Origin: a virus
Taxonomy: Duplodnaviria; Caudoviricetes
Direction: 5' to 3' (one strand)
Length of the DNA stretch: 40,680 bases
Virus record (IMG/VR): IMGVR_UViG_3300020045_007163
Coordinates: 1 to 40,680 of that record
Shown: one piece after another, positions 9,630 to 19,861 of the stretch
How positions within the stretch are numbered: position 1 is the stretch's first letter
Layout of the letters: every line of letters starts with the position of its first letter
Made by a program: the position numbers and the translations under genes
The notes under the pieces: model-generated
What the model was told of the DNA's origin: nothing
What the model saw: the letters and a program-made list of their open reading frames with translations, nothing else
Databases searched by the model: none

Positions 9630-10067
9630 ATGGCAGACGGTACACCATCCCAAGGCGCGTTTCTCCAGATTCAAACTGCCGCTGGCCCTCCAGCTGTTTT
9701 AGCTGAGATTGAAGCGGTTAATAATTTTACGGCTTTCGATGGTCAGGCTAATGAGATTGATATGACTCATTTGCGCTCAACTGCAAAAGAGCGGATTATG
9801 GGCTTGCAAGATTTCGGATCTTTCTCCATTGATGCAAATTACTTGCCGGATGAATCTGCTCCAGGTCAAGCCGCTTTGCGTGATGCAAAAGCGACTCGCC
9901 AACGCCAAAAATTCAAATTCAATATTCCGGCTGATGTTGAAGGCGGTAATGTTTCAACAGCTGAATTTTTTGGCTTTGTTCAATCGGCCTCTATGACTGG
10001 CGGCGTTGACTCTAAAATTGATACTACATTCAATATTCTTGTTGATGGAGATGTTACCTTTGCATAA
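9630..10067 (+). CDS. Major tail tube protein
   Basis: F..FDGQANEIDMTHL.S.AKE.IMGLQD.GSFS...N......GQ.AL..A; AAGGA RBS. Confidence 0.88.
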   Translation: MADGTPSQGAFLQIQTAAGPPAVLAEIEAVNNFTAFDGQANEIDMTHLRSTAKERIMGLQDFGSFSIDANYLPDESAPGQAALRDAKATRQRQKFKFNIPADVEGGNVSTAEFFGFVQSASMTGGVDSKIDTTFNILVDGDVTFA

Positions 10068-10081
10068 GGGGCATAAATTTT

Positions 10082-10465
10082 ATGAGCAATAAGTATACGG
10101 CTGAAGTTGAAATTAAAATTGGAGATCAGGTAGGCATTCTAAATTTCGATTATAGAGCGCTTACCAAAATTGAGTCTGATTTGCCTGATGATCTTCCATC
10201 AGTTTTCAAGATGAAGATGAAAGATCTCATTAAGATGGCGGCTATAGGCTTTGAGAAAAAAAGCCCATTCATAACTGAGGAATTTATCATAGATAATTCC
10301 CCTCCAGTTATTCATCTTAGAGAGAAAATTTCTGAGGCTCTTCTTTACTCCAATTGGGGGCCGGATGATGCTAAGAAATTCTTAAAGGTTGATAAGGATA
10401 AAAAATCAAAAGATGATTCCAAGGATGATTCTAATGATGAAGAGTCTGAAAAAAAAACAGAATAA
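10082..10465 (+). CDS. Tail assembly chaperone (gpG-like)
   Basis: Lies between tail tube and tape measure genes and ends in an A9 slippery run. Confidence 0.8.
   Translation: MSNKYTAEVEIKIGDQVGILNFDYRALTKIESDLPDDLPSVFKMKMKDLIKMAAIGFEKKSPFITEEFIIDNSPPVIHLREKISEALLYSNWGPDDAKKFLKVDKDKKSKDDSKDDSNDEESEKKTE
10449..10457 (+). other. -1 programmed ribosomal frameshift site (A9 run; GAA AAA AAA ACA)
   Basis: The -1 frame reads NRIRKAFKAALVAG and runs straight into the 10498 ORF; this is the conserved G/GT position. Confidence 0.8.
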
Positions 10466-10497
10466 GGAAAGCTTTTAAAGCCGCGCTTGTTGCTGGA

Positions 10498-10803
10498 ATG
10501 TCGCCTGAGATTTTTTGGCAAATAACGCCTTGGCAATTATCCGTTTATCTTGAGGCTGATTATAAGCGCCAGACAATGGCCCATGATAATAATGCTTGGT
10601 TGGCCTGGACAACGGCCAATCTCCAAAGATTAAAGAAAATGCCTGATTTGAAAAAGCTTCTTTCTTCAGCTCTTTCGACTAAAGATAAAAAAGAGGTGAA
10701 GGCAACGGGCGCTAATGCTATCATAGCTCAGTTAAAGGCGCGTCAAGCAATCAGGGATAAGGAAAGGGAGAAAGATGGCAACAGTAGCCAGATTAACAGC
10801 TGA
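10498..10803 (+). CDS. Tail assembly chaperone, gpT-like part (made as a frameshift fusion)
   Basis: G.SPEIFWQITPWQL motif typical of gpT regions; the frame is open back to the slippery site. Confidence 0.8.
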   Translation: MSPEIFWQITPWQLSVYLEADYKRQTMAHDNNAWLAWTTANLQRLKKMPDLKKLLSSALSTKDKKEVKATGANAIIAQLKARQAIRDKEREKDGNSSQINS

Positions 10804-12772
10804 GGTAACAGCTAATACTTCCCGATTTGAATCTGGCCTTAAGCGCGCTAATAGCGCTCTATCCCAATCTGAAAGAAGCTGGAACAGCTCATTAAATAGA
10901 TCGAAAAAGAATTTCGATTCTATTGACAAGGCCGTTACTCAGCTTAATGGAACTATAAGAGGATTGGCAGGGATTGGCCTGGGCGCTCTTGGCGCTTCAA
11001 CAATTCTTGATGCGGCCAGATCGGTTGTTGAATATTCTGATAACTGGAAACAGCTGGAAGGCCGTTTAAAAGTTGTTACCAATGGAATGGATGATCTTAA
11101 AAAGACTCAAGATGATCTTTTTAAGATAGCTGAAATCACGCGCCAGCCTTTGGAAAATGTTATCAATCTTTATACGAGATTGAATAATTCAATCGAAGAA
11201 TCTGAGCGCGCCAATTATGATCTTTTAGGCGTTACAACAACTATTTCAAAAGCGCTGGCTGTAACAGGGGAAAGCGCCGCATCATCAGGCGCGGCTATTC
11301 TCCAATTCTCTCAAGCTGTTTCAAGTGATTTTAAAGGCTCAGCTCAAGAGATTAATTCATTACTTGATTCAGCGCCAAGATTGGCCGTAGCAATCCAGAA
11401 ATCTTTCGGGGATGGATCTAAGAGTTTAAAGCAATTGGCTGAGGATGGAGATCTTTCAAGGGATGCTGTTTTAAATGCTCTATCCAGTATATCCGGCCAG
11501 GCCATGCTTATTGGTGAAGAGTTCGATAAAAGTGAAGTAACAGTAAGCCAGGCTTTAACAAGATTAGAGAATTCTTTTCTTAGATTCATTGGCCAGAATG
11601 ACAATGTAAAAGATGGAACAAGTTCCCTTGCAAATGTGATTATTGATCTGGCTGGGCAATTCGATACGCTATCTGAAAAAATAGATAATGCGACTCATAG
11701 ATACAAAGTATTTATGGGAGAGCGCGCAACCAAAATTGATTTTTCTAAAATTCCCCAGCCTGAGCCTTCATTTAATCAATATTCTCCAGGTGATATTCAG
11801 GCGGCTATTGATAGATCCAAATCTATTGAAGTTGCAAAACAAAGAAAGATTGAAGCTGAAGCTGAAAAGCAAAGATTGAAAGATGAGAAGGCGGCTGAGT
11901 CGGCGGCTAAATCAGCGGCTAAAAGTCGCATTGCTACTACTCAATCTGTTATCCAGGGATTGGAAGATGAATCTCAGCAATTAGAAATTCAAACTTCTAT
12001 GTACGGCGAAAAAGAATCCGCTATCAAGCGCGCTCTTAAAATGGCTGAAATTCAAAATCAGCTGGCCAGGGAAGGTATTGTTTTATCTAAAGAGCAACAG
12101 GATCAAATTGAAAATTATTTAGATTCTATTGAGCGCCAATCTGAGCTTCAAAGTGATCAGGAAAAACAACAAAAAAGATTAGAAGAGCAAGAAAAAAATC
12201 GCCAGCAAGCAATGGATCAATTTGCATCCACAATTGAAAGCCATTTTGAAGATGCAATTCTAAGCGGTGAAAAATTGTCTGATGTACTTCAGGGATTGTT
12301 AGAAGATATTGCAAAAATATTGCTTAGAACAAATGTAACAGCGCCGCTTTTAAATTCACTGAGCGGAGATGGCGGATTATTATCTGGTATTGGCGGAGCT
12401 TTATTTGGCGGCTTGTTTGGCTCATCTTCCTCAGGCGGAGCAGATCCCTTTGCGGCTATAGGATATAATACAACATTGCCAGCTTTCGCCACTGGTACTT
12501 CATATGTTCCCCGCGACATGATAGCGCGAGTCCATAAGGGAGAAGAGATTGTTCCGGCTTCGCAAGCTGGAAAAGGAATGATGGCCGGAACAACTGTTAT
12601 AATTAATAACAACAACGGCTCTAGGGTTACTCAGACTGAGCGCCAAGGAAATAATGGAGCTGAGTTATTGGTTATGATTGATGATGCTGTTGCTAAAAAT
12701 CTTAGTACAAGCGGAACTAAGACAAATCAAGCGCTGAAAAATCAACAGCAAAAATCTTTGATTAGGAGATAA
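10775..12772 (+). CDS. Tape measure protein (665 aa)
   Basis: N-terminal A.L...V.ANT.RF, tape-measure domain (AILQFSQA...G..EINSLL), coiled coils, C-terminal FATGT.YVP.DM.ARVHKGEEIVP. Confidence 0.93.
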   Translation: MATVARLTAEVTANTSRFESGLKRANSALSQSERSWNSSLNRSKKNFDSIDKAVTQLNGTIRGLAGIGLGALGASTILDAARSVVEYSDNWKQLEGRLKVVTNGMDDLKKTQDDLFKIAEITRQPLENVINLYTRLNNSIEESERANYDLLGVTTTISKALAVTGESAASSGAAILQFSQAVSSDFKGSAQEINSLLDSAPRLAVAIQKSFGDGSKSLKQLAEDGDLSRDAVLNALSSISGQAMLIGEEFDKSEVTVSQALTRLENSFLRFIGQNDNVKDGTSSLANVIIDLAGQFDTLSEKIDNATHRYKVFMGERATKIDFSKIPQPEPSFNQYSPGDIQAAIDRSKSIEVAKQRKIEAEAEKQRLKDEKAAESAAKSAAKSRIATTQSVIQGLEDESQQLEIQTSMYGEKESAIKRALKMAEIQNQLAREGIVLSKEQQDQIENYLDSIERQSELQSDQEKQQKRLEEQEKNRQQAMDQFASTIESHFEDAILSGEKLSDVLQGLLEDIAKILLRTNVTAPLLNSLSGDGGLLSGIGGALFGGLFGSSSSGGADPFAAIGYNTTLPAFATGTSYVPRDMIARVHKGEEIVPASQAGKGMMAGTTVIINNNNGSRVTQTERQGNNGAELLVMIDDAVAKNLSTSGTKTNQALKNQQQKSLIRR

Positions 12773-12776
12773 TAAA

Positions 12777-13124
12777 ATGGTTGCATGGCCAACAGGTTTT
12801 CCAGCTCCAGCGGTTAATTCATTCAATGAAGAGCCGCCTGATAACCTTATAAAATCTTCCGTTGATAGAGGCCCTAAGAAAATTAGACGCCGTACCGTTG
12901 CTAATATTCGGCCTATCAGCTTCACATTAAATTTAACTCCAGATCAGATTGAAGAGCTGGATAGTTTTTATATGGATGATCTTTTATCTGGAGCCATATC
13001 TTTTGATTATGTGCATCCAAGAACATTAGCCACTGTAAAAGCGCGTTTTGCTGAGAAGCCAAAATGGGCGGATCAGGAAGCTACAATTTATAAAACAGAA
13101 ATTTCATTGGAGATACTTCCCTAA
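12777..13124 (+). CDS. Distal tail protein (gpM-like)
   Basis: AWPTGFP......E.P.DN.I.S.VD.GP.K.RRR; follows the tape measure gene. Confidence 0.8.
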   Translation: MVAWPTGFPAPAVNSFNEEPPDNLIKSSVDRGPKKIRRRTVANIRPISFTLNLTPDQIEELDSFYMDDLLSGAISFDYVHPRTLATVKARFAEKPKWADQEATIYKTEISLEILP

Positions 13125-13624
13125 TGCCGCGCCAATTATCTAACGCCGCAAAGCAAGCTATGTACGCTCAGGAAACGGGCGAAGTTTTTGTTATTCTATT
13201 GACAATAAGCCATCCTGATTTCATTGAAGATATAAGAGTCGCCAGTGATATTATAGATGATTTGCCTGAGGCTGGAGTCCAAGGCGTTATCTCTAGGGAT
13301 ATGGAGTTTGTTTATTTGCCTTTCTCAGTTACATTGCCTCAACAGGATGAAACTGGAGTTGCCAGGGCAAGCATTACTATTGATAATATTGATAGGCAAA
13401 TTGTTAGGGCCGTTAGGAAATCTAATTCCGCTCTTTCAATTAAAATTGAAATTGTCTTGGCTTCAGATCCAGATTCGCCGGAAATATCAATTGAAGATTT
13501 TAAATTGGAAAGAGTTAATTATGATGCGCTTACTGTATCTGGAGAAATATCTGTTGAGTATTTCGATCTTGAGCCGTTTCCAGCGCGAAGATTTACGCCT
13601 TCAGATTTCGCGGGGATCTTCTAA
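13124..13624 (+). CDS. Tail tip protein (DUF1833 / gpL-like)
   Basis: LLTISHP...E.IR, F..LPF...LP, IDNIDR, EPFP..RFTP..F.GIF. Confidence 0.8.
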   Translation: MPRQLSNAAKQAMYAQETGEVFVILLTISHPDFIEDIRVASDIIDDLPEAGVQGVISRDMEFVYLPFSVTLPQQDETGVARASITIDNIDRQIVRAVRKSNSALSIKIEIVLASDPDSPEISIEDFKLERVNYDALTVSGEISVEYFDLEPFPARRFTPSDFAGIF

Positions 13625-14037
13625 TGAGTGATCAAGAATGGTATCATAAATATTGCCATATCCCTTTCAAGGAAAAGGGCCGGAGTTGGGAAGGCGTAGA
13701 CTGTTGGGGCTTGCCTTATGTAGCCTATAAAGAAGAAAAAAATATCTTATTGCCGGATTATTTAAATGTTTATGAATCTACCAATGATAGGGATATTCTT
13801 GGGCAAACAATTGCGGATGAGCGCAATAGTAAATGGCAAAGCCCTACCATTCCGGCTCCATTCGATATAGTCATATTGAAGATGCGCGGAGTTCCTATGC
13901 ATTGCGGGATTGTTATAAAGCCAGGTTTTATGATACATTCCGCAAAGGATATTAATACAGTAATTGAGCGATATGATTCAATGCGCTGGAAAAATAAAGT
14001 TATAGGTTTTGCCCGACATGAAAGCTTCTCAAGCTAA
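13624..14037 (+). CDS. NlpC/P60 (C40) tail assembly peptidase (gpK-like)
   Basis: IPF..KGR...GVDCWGL catalytic Cys, HCGI and IHS motifs. Confidence 0.9.
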   Translation: MSDQEWYHKYCHIPFKEKGRSWEGVDCWGLPYVAYKEEKNILLPDYLNVYESTNDRDILGQTIADERNSKWQSPTIPAPFDIVILKMRGVPMHCGIVIKPGFMIHSAKDINTVIERYDSMRWKNKVIGFARHESFSS

Positions 14038-17000
14038 AAAGATTCCGGTTTACTCTTCCCCGTTGCCATTTAGCAATTCCAGAATAAAAAGCTTTGCGGC
14101 TCCAGGTGATACAATAAAAAAGATTGTTGATGATCTTATTCCTTTGCGCCTTGCTGGAGCCGTGGGCGCTATCGTTATGATCAATGGGCAAATTGTTCCA
14201 ATGAATCATTGGGCAAGTGTACGGCCAAAATTGGGAACTACAATTAACATTAATGTTATCCCGATGGGCGGCGGCGGAAAAAAGAATCCGCTTTCGACTA
14301 TTTTAACTATCGCTGTTCTTATTGCGGCTCCATATGCTGGCGCGGCTTTAGCTGGAGCCATGGGAATTACTTCAACTGTTGGGATTGCCATGGTAACGGC
14401 TGGAGTTGCCGCTATAGGTAATTTGGCAGTTTCAGCGCTTGCGCCGCCTCCTAAGCCATCAAACTCAGGAAACTTTAACGGCAATGCGGCGGAAAGCCCT
14501 ACGCAATTTATTGAAGGCGCGCGCAATGATATAGCGCCTTATGGAGTTGTTCCGGTTTATTTGGGTACAAATAGGGTTTTCCCATTTCAGGCCGCTAAGG
14601 GATACACTGAGACAAAAGATAATGATCAGTATGTTCGCCAGCTTGTAACTTGGGGATACGGCAAGGGAGTCTTAACTAATATTCAAATTGGAGATACTCC
14701 TATTGAGCAATTCTCTGATGTTGAGCTTGAGCATAAATTAAACGGTGATTTAAATACGACAACAGCCATTTATCCAAATGATGTTAATCAAACTGATTAC
14801 AATGTTTTGCTTAGCTCTGAGGATGGTTATACAGTTCGAGCAACAGATATAAATGTAAATGAAGCCATTATTGATTTTACTTTTCCTCAAGGTCTGGCTT
14901 TCTTTAACAAAGAAGGAAAGCGCGTTTCTGCCAATGTAGAATTGGAAATGCAATATGCTCCAACTGGTACGCCTGAAGATTCTCCATTATGGAGTCCTGG
15001 AGCAAGTAATTATAAGGATTTTGCTGGCGCTAATGTTGCTATTCCTGAAGCTTCAATGTTGGGCATTGGCCGGAGATACTACGGCTATAGAAGAGATATA
15101 ATTTATATTGATAAATATTCTGGAGCTATCGGCCTGTTAAAAGGCGCGGCCATTTCTACAACGGCTAATGCGGCTAAGTCTGAAATTTTACCTGGCAACG
15201 GTATACGCCTTGCAACTGTTGTTGTTTGGACTCGGATGGAACAGGTTGGATCTGTAAATACTAAAAAAACAGATGTAGTTTCTTTTTCCGATGATAGAGA
15301 TCCGGCCCTTGTTGGAAACTTGGTGAAACTATCAACTGATTTTAAACCTACTCTTGGAGGTTTAAATGTGAATGTAACAGCCGGATCTATAAAGATAAAC
15401 GATTTAAATATTACCGAATCTCAAACTGAAGCTTTGCGCCGCTCAGTTAGAGTTGTTTTTCCGACTCCTGGCCAATACGATATTAGAAGCCGTAGAATAA
15501 CAGCTGATAATTCATCAGATCAATTTGTTGGAGATGTTTATTTAACGGCTATCAGAACTATTAAAAATGCGCCGCCTGTAAAACTTGCCGGAATAAGCGG
15601 AACCGCTATTCTCATGCGCGCAACAGATCAGCTTAATGGCGCTGTTGATCAGCTTAATGGTATATGGAGCATTTTGATTCCTGATTATGATCCAATCAAT
15701 GGGACATGGGAAGAGAGAGTAACATCAAATCCAGCCTCAATTTATAGATGGGTTTTACAAGGTGAAGCCAATGCAAAACCATTACCGGATTCCAGATTGG
15801 ATTTGGCCGCTATAGAGGATTGGTGGATTCATTGTAGTGATCAAGGATATACTTACAATCGAGGCATAGATTTTGAATCTTCTTTGGAAGATACCTTGGC
15901 CGATGTTGCAAGCGCTGGAGCCGCAAGCCCAGCTGTTGTTGACGGTAAAAGATCTATAGCCATTGATAGAATTAAATCTGATATTGTTCAAATCATAACG
16001 CCAAGAAATTCAAGTAACTATTCCGCTGAGCTTATTTATAAAGATGTTCCTCACGCTTTGCGCGTTCAATTCCGCAACAAGGATAAAGGCTTTCAGCAAG
16101 ATGAAAGAATTGTTTATAGGGATGGATATAATGAGGATGGATCTAATGGATTAATTGCGGCTACTGATTTTGAGGTTTTGGAACTTCAATATTGCACTGA
16201 TACAAATCTAGCCTATAAAACTGCAAAGCGCCATTTTGCCGCAATCATTTTGCGCCCTGAATCTCATAGCGTAAATATGGACTTTGAAAATCTTATTGCT
16301 ATTCGTGGCGATAGGGTGAAGCTTGCCCATGATGTTCCAATAGTTGGAGTTGGTGATGGCCGGATAAAATCATTTACTTCATCAGATACAGGGTTGATAA
16401 CAGGAATAACTATTGATGATATAGTTTCTATCCCTGATTCCAATACTATGTTTTATACAAGAATTCGTTTATCTGATGGAACTCAACTTTATAAACAGGT
16501 AAATACAAGTATTGGAGAAATGCAATCATTTACATTTGTCCAACCTTTTCCGCATCCATTGGATTCCGATGATAATGAATTGGAAATAGTTGGGGATCTT
16601 GCCTATGTTATTGAGGCTGGCGGAGAGTTGGATGTAATTATAACCAAGATCGAGCCTCAGGAAGATTTCGCCGCAAAAATTACAGCTATTGATTATGCGC
16701 CGGAAATTTTTACAGCTGAATCATCTCCTATTCCAGAATGGCAAAGCCGCATTACTGAGCCGCTAGAATTTAGAAGGCCGCTATCCCCTGAGCTGATAGA
16801 GATTCAATCTAATGAAGATGTTATGTTACAAAATAGTGATGGATCATTTACGCCAAGAGCCATCATAACTTTAAAAAATAATAATGAATCTGATATTCAA
16901 ACATCAGTTAAAGTTCGCGTATCTGGAACAGATACTTTCAACAATGCAAATATTCTTGAGCTTTCGCCTGAAAGAATAATCTTAACAGGACTCGATGATA

Positions 17001-17827
17001 ATGTTCGTTATGATATTCATATCCGTTACTATAGAAAAAATGGCGTATTACAAAGCGCCCCACTTGAGCTTAATGGATATTTATTTATTGGAGCCTCAGG
17101 CAAGCCAGCGACTCCTCAGAATTTTAAAATAACCGTTACAGGCGAAAATGCCCTTTTCAAATGGGATAATAATACTGAAGTTGATCTCTTTGGTTATATC
17201 ATGGAATACAGCGCGCAATTTTCAGGCGTTACATGGGCAACAGCTCAAGTTATTGAGGGCACTCCATTAGATCCAATTAGAGAGAATAGAATAACGCTTC
17301 CATTCTTGGCCGGAACATATTTGTTAAAGGCCGTTGATAGACAGGGCAATGTTTCCGATACAGCCGCCATGATTATTACTTATGATCCTGGAAATCTTTT
17401 AAACGCGATTGCAACCATAACTGAAGATCCTGATTTTGATGGAGTTAAAGATAACGCTGTTATTTCAGGCGGTGGAGTCGTTATAGCTGATACTGATATT
17501 CCTGAAGCTTATTATTACTTTGATAATGATTTGGATCTGGATGGAGTATTCGATTCATTCGTAAGCGCGGCGATTAATGCCAATGGAGTTTTTATAAATG
17601 ACTTCTTTGATTTGTCTGATGTTTTTTCTTCAGGCGATATAACTGGCGGATCTGTAAACAATATATTTGATCAAGATAATTTCTTTGAAATGGGAGATGT
17701 TTTTGGAATCGGGACCGATGCTTGGGAAATAGAGCTTCAATACAGAATTACTCAGGAAGATCCTGTATTAGATAACTGGACGGATTGGGATATTTTTAAT
17801 GCAGGATATGGAAGAGATAATACATGA
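14018..17827 (+). CDS. Tail tip / host specificity protein (gpJ-like) with fused N-terminal gpI-like domain
   Basis: N-terminal ThiS-like segment plus hydrophobic helices, GARN...PYG.VP..LG, TSNPA, RGDRV...HDVP..G.G.GRIK and FN3 domains. Confidence 0.88.
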   Translation: MKASQAKKIPVYSSPLPFSNSRIKSFAAPGDTIKKIVDDLIPLRLAGAVGAIVMINGQIVPMNHWASVRPKLGTTININVIPMGGGGKKNPLSTILTIAVLIAAPYAGAALAGAMGITSTVGIAMVTAGVAAIGNLAVSALAPPPKPSNSGNFNGNAAESPTQFIEGARNDIAPYGVVPVYLGTNRVFPFQAAKGYTETKDNDQYVRQLVTWGYGKGVLTNIQIGDTPIEQFSDVELEHKLNGDLNTTTAIYPNDVNQTDYNVLLSSEDGYTVRATDINVNEAIIDFTFPQGLAFFNKEGKRVSANVELEMQYAPTGTPEDSPLWSPGASNYKDFAGANVAIPEASMLGIGRRYYGYRRDIIYIDKYSGAIGLLKGAAISTTANAAKSEILPGNGIRLATVVVWTRMEQVGSVNTKKTDVVSFSDDRDPALVGNLVKLSTDFKPTLGGLNVNVTAGSIKINDLNITESQTEALRRSVRVVFPTPGQYDIRSRRITADNSSDQFVGDVYLTAIRTIKNAPPVKLAGISGTAILMRATDQLNGAVDQLNGIWSILIPDYDPINGTWEERVTSNPASIYRWVLQGEANAKPLPDSRLDLAAIEDWWIHCSDQGYTYNRGIDFESSLEDTLADVASAGAASPAVVDGKRSIAIDRIKSDIVQIITPRNSSNYSAELIYKDVPHALRVQFRNKDKGFQQDERIVYRDGYNEDGSNGLIAATDFEVLELQYCTDTNLAYKTAKRHFAAIILRPESHSVNMDFENLIAIRGDRVKLAHDVPIVGVGDGRIKSFTSSDTGLITGITIDDIVSIPDSNTMFYTRIRLSDGTQLYKQVNTSIGEMQSFTFVQPFPHPLDSDDNELEIVGDLAYVIEAGGELDVIITKIEPQEDFAAKITAIDYAPEIFTAESSPIPEWQSRITEPLEFRRPLSPELIEIQSNEDVMLQNSDGSFTPRAIITLKNNNESDIQTSVKVRVSGTDTFNNANILELSPERIILTGLDDNVRYDIHIRYYRKNGVLQSAPLELNGYLFIGASGKPATPQNFKITVTGENALFKWDNNTEVDLFGYIMEYSAQFSGVTWATAQVIEGTPLDPIRENRITLPFLAGTYLLKAVDRQGNVSDTAAMIITYDPGNLLNAIATITEDPDFDGVKDNAVISGGGVVIADTDIPEAYYYFDNDLDLDGVFDSFVSAAINANGVFINDFFDLSDVFSSGDITGGSVNNIFDQDNFFEMGDVFGIGTDAWEIELQYRITQEDPVLDNWTDWDIFNAGYGRDNT

Positions 17828-18516
17828 GCCAATTTGATTTAGGAAATATGGAAAGCCCTCTTTCGGGTACTGATTTAATTAATGGTAAAATTGAGCCATG
17901 GCGGGATGCTCTTCATACGAGTCATTCCGGCGCGGCGCGGCCCTCTTATGTTGTTCCTGGAATGGTATGGCTCAAGACTGGAACTAATCCCTGGTTATAT
18001 TATATGTTCGATGGGACAGATGATATTTTGATCGGATCTTTTGATACAACAACAAATAGTTTTACAGCGCCAGATTCAGGAACTTTAAAAGTTTCTTCTG
18101 ATGATACGACTCCAAGTTTCATTTCCAACAAAGTTGCCAATAGCCGTGAAATAACTCTTTCTATTTTAAATGATGGAGCTGATGAAGATTTGCAAATAGG
18201 GACGCGAGAAAATGCCGCCAGCCCTATCGCTATTGGTACTGGTACGGCAACGGCGGCTATTGCAAATGCGCCATGGCAGAAAATAACAGCAACAGGAAAC
18301 ATTGCGATTGCCGCAACTTTCGATGCTGGTAAATTTCAATCAATGATTTTGGAATGTGTAAATTTTGGAGCCTATACTATTACATGGCCAGCGGGAATTA
18401 AATGGCCAGGCGGAACAGCTCCAACTATGAGCGCGTCCGGTACGGACCATGTTCTTATCTATCAAGATACAGCCAATGTTAAATATGGAATTTTGGTAGC
18501 AAAAGGCTTGGCATAA
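17824..18516 (+). CDS. Tail fibre protein
   Basis: N-terminal AL.T.HSG..RPSY...GMVW anchor typical downstream of gpJ; C-terminal TITWP..IKWPGG.APT. Confidence 0.7.
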   Translation: MSQFDLGNMESPLSGTDLINGKIEPWRDALHTSHSGAARPSYVVPGMVWLKTGTNPWLYYMFDGTDDILIGSFDTTTNSFTAPDSGTLKVSSDDTTPSFISNKVANSREITLSILNDGADEDLQIGTRENAASPIAIGTGTATAAIANAPWQKITATGNIAIAATFDAGKFQSMILECVNFGAYTITWPAGIKWPGGTAPTMSASGTDHVLIYQDTANVKYGILVAKGLA

Positions 18517-19331
18517 TGAATCCAAATCTTAAAAGATTAATAATGTCCTCACCTCAGTTAAAAGCTGAAGGCGGAAACATTACAATTATTGGCGGTAAAA
18601 AAATCCATAGGTTTAATGCCAATGGAACATTTACGGTTTATCAGACAATAACTGTTGATATTCTTATGTGCGGCGCGGCTGGCGGCGGGGCATATGGCGG
18701 CGGATCTATTTCAGGCGATCCAGGCGGAACTCAAAACGCCGGAGGAGGAGGCGGCGCTGGGGAATTTAAAAAATTAACAGCCGTTACTATTACCCCTGGA
18801 ACCTATGCTATCAATATAGGCGCTGGCGGCGTGTACGGCGTTGCCAATGGCGGCAATACAACTGGATTAGGATATACAGCTGTTGGCGGCGGTAATGGTG
18901 GCCCTGTTCTTAATGCTGGGCAATCTGGAGCATCAGGCGGCGGCTCTGGCCCTGGAGTAACAGGAGCGCCAGCTGGTACGGCTGGCAATTATGGGGGTGG
19001 CGGCTCTCCATCAGGAACAGCAAGAAACTCTCGATATGCTGGAGGAGGAGGCGGCGCTGGCTCAGCTGGAAATGCTAACCCACTTTTGGGAGATGTTAAT
19101 GGCGGGTCCGGCCTTCCAGATAACATAACTGGAAGCGCTGAATATTATTGTGCTGGCGGATCTGGAAGCCGTAACAATTTTGCTACAATGGCTAGATCTG
19201 ATGGGGTTGGCGGCGCTTTTGGTATAGGCGCGCCAGTGGCCAATTCTGGATCTGGCGGCAATGGTTCGCCAGGTTTCTCAGGAAATACCAATGGCGCTGA
19301 TGGAACATTTATTATAAGTTACAATATATAG
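18516..19331 (+). CDS. Glycine-rich tail fibre / receptor-binding protein
   Basis: KIHRFNANGTF, GGGGGAG repeats, G.DG.FIISY C-terminus. Confidence 0.7.
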   Translation: MNPNLKRLIMSSPQLKAEGGNITIIGGKKIHRFNANGTFTVYQTITVDILMCGAAGGGAYGGGSISGDPGGTQNAGGGGGAGEFKKLTAVTITPGTYAINIGAGGVYGVANGGNTTGLGYTAVGGGNGGPVLNAGQSGASGGGSGPGVTGAPAGTAGNYGGGGSPSGTARNSRYAGGGGGAGSAGNANPLLGDVNGGSGLPDNITGSAEYYCAGGSGSRNNFATMARSDGVGGAFGIGAPVANSGSGGNGSPGFSGNTNGADGTFIISYNI

Positions 19332-19342
19332 GAGCTAATAAA

Positions 19343-19843
19343 ATGTTTTATAAAGAAAAAAGCAAGCCCAAGATTTATTCCCTGGATGAATTAAGAGTTA
19401 AATTTATTGAAACATCTTTCCCTGAAGAGGGGCCGGATTATGAATGGCTGAGGGATAATAATTTTTCTAAAGTTGAAGGCCCTGTTGTCGAGCCTGAGCC
19501 TGTTGATATGAAGCTGGCGCTGGCCAATCATAGATATTTTATGGAAACATCAGGTGTAAATCTAGGCGGCGTTCTAGTCCAAACGGATAGAGATGCAAGA
19601 TCTAATTTAATCGGCGCTTACTTGCGCGCCATGCAAGATCCTAACTATACAGTTCGATGGAAAACAGCGGATGGGTTTATAACCTTGAGCGCGGCTCAGA
19701 TCATAGCGGCTTCCAATGCGGCTTCAGATCACGTAAAGAAATGTTTCGAGACTGAAGAAATTATTGAAGGCCGGATTGATAGTTATGTATCTGTTCAAGC
19801 TATGATTGTTGATTTCAATACTGAGTTAGGTATTCAGATATAA
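19343..19843 (+). CDS. DUF4376-like tail fibre-associated protein
   Basis: R...ET.GV...G..VQTDRD...NL.GA....WKT.DGF.TL.A.QI.A...A...HV..CF. Confidence 0.75.
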   Translation: MFYKEKSKPKIYSLDELRVKFIETSFPEEGPDYEWLRDNNFSKVEGPVVEPEPVDMKLALANHRYFMETSGVNLGGVLVQTDRDARSNLIGAYLRAMQDPNYTVRWKTADGFITLSAAQIIAASNAASDHVKKCFETEEIIEGRIDSYVSVQAMIVDFNTELGIQI

Positions 19844-19861
19844 AATAAATTTATTAGAAGT

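Noticed and set aside
18741-19060. Exact 20-nt direct repeat GGAGGAGGAGGCGGCGCTGG at 18741-18760 and 19041-19060 in a fibre gene (DGR or shufflon candidate)
   Set aside because: Both copies simply encode GGGGGAG in a Gly-rich protein. There are no adenine-specific mismatches, and no reverse transcriptase or invertase in the window.
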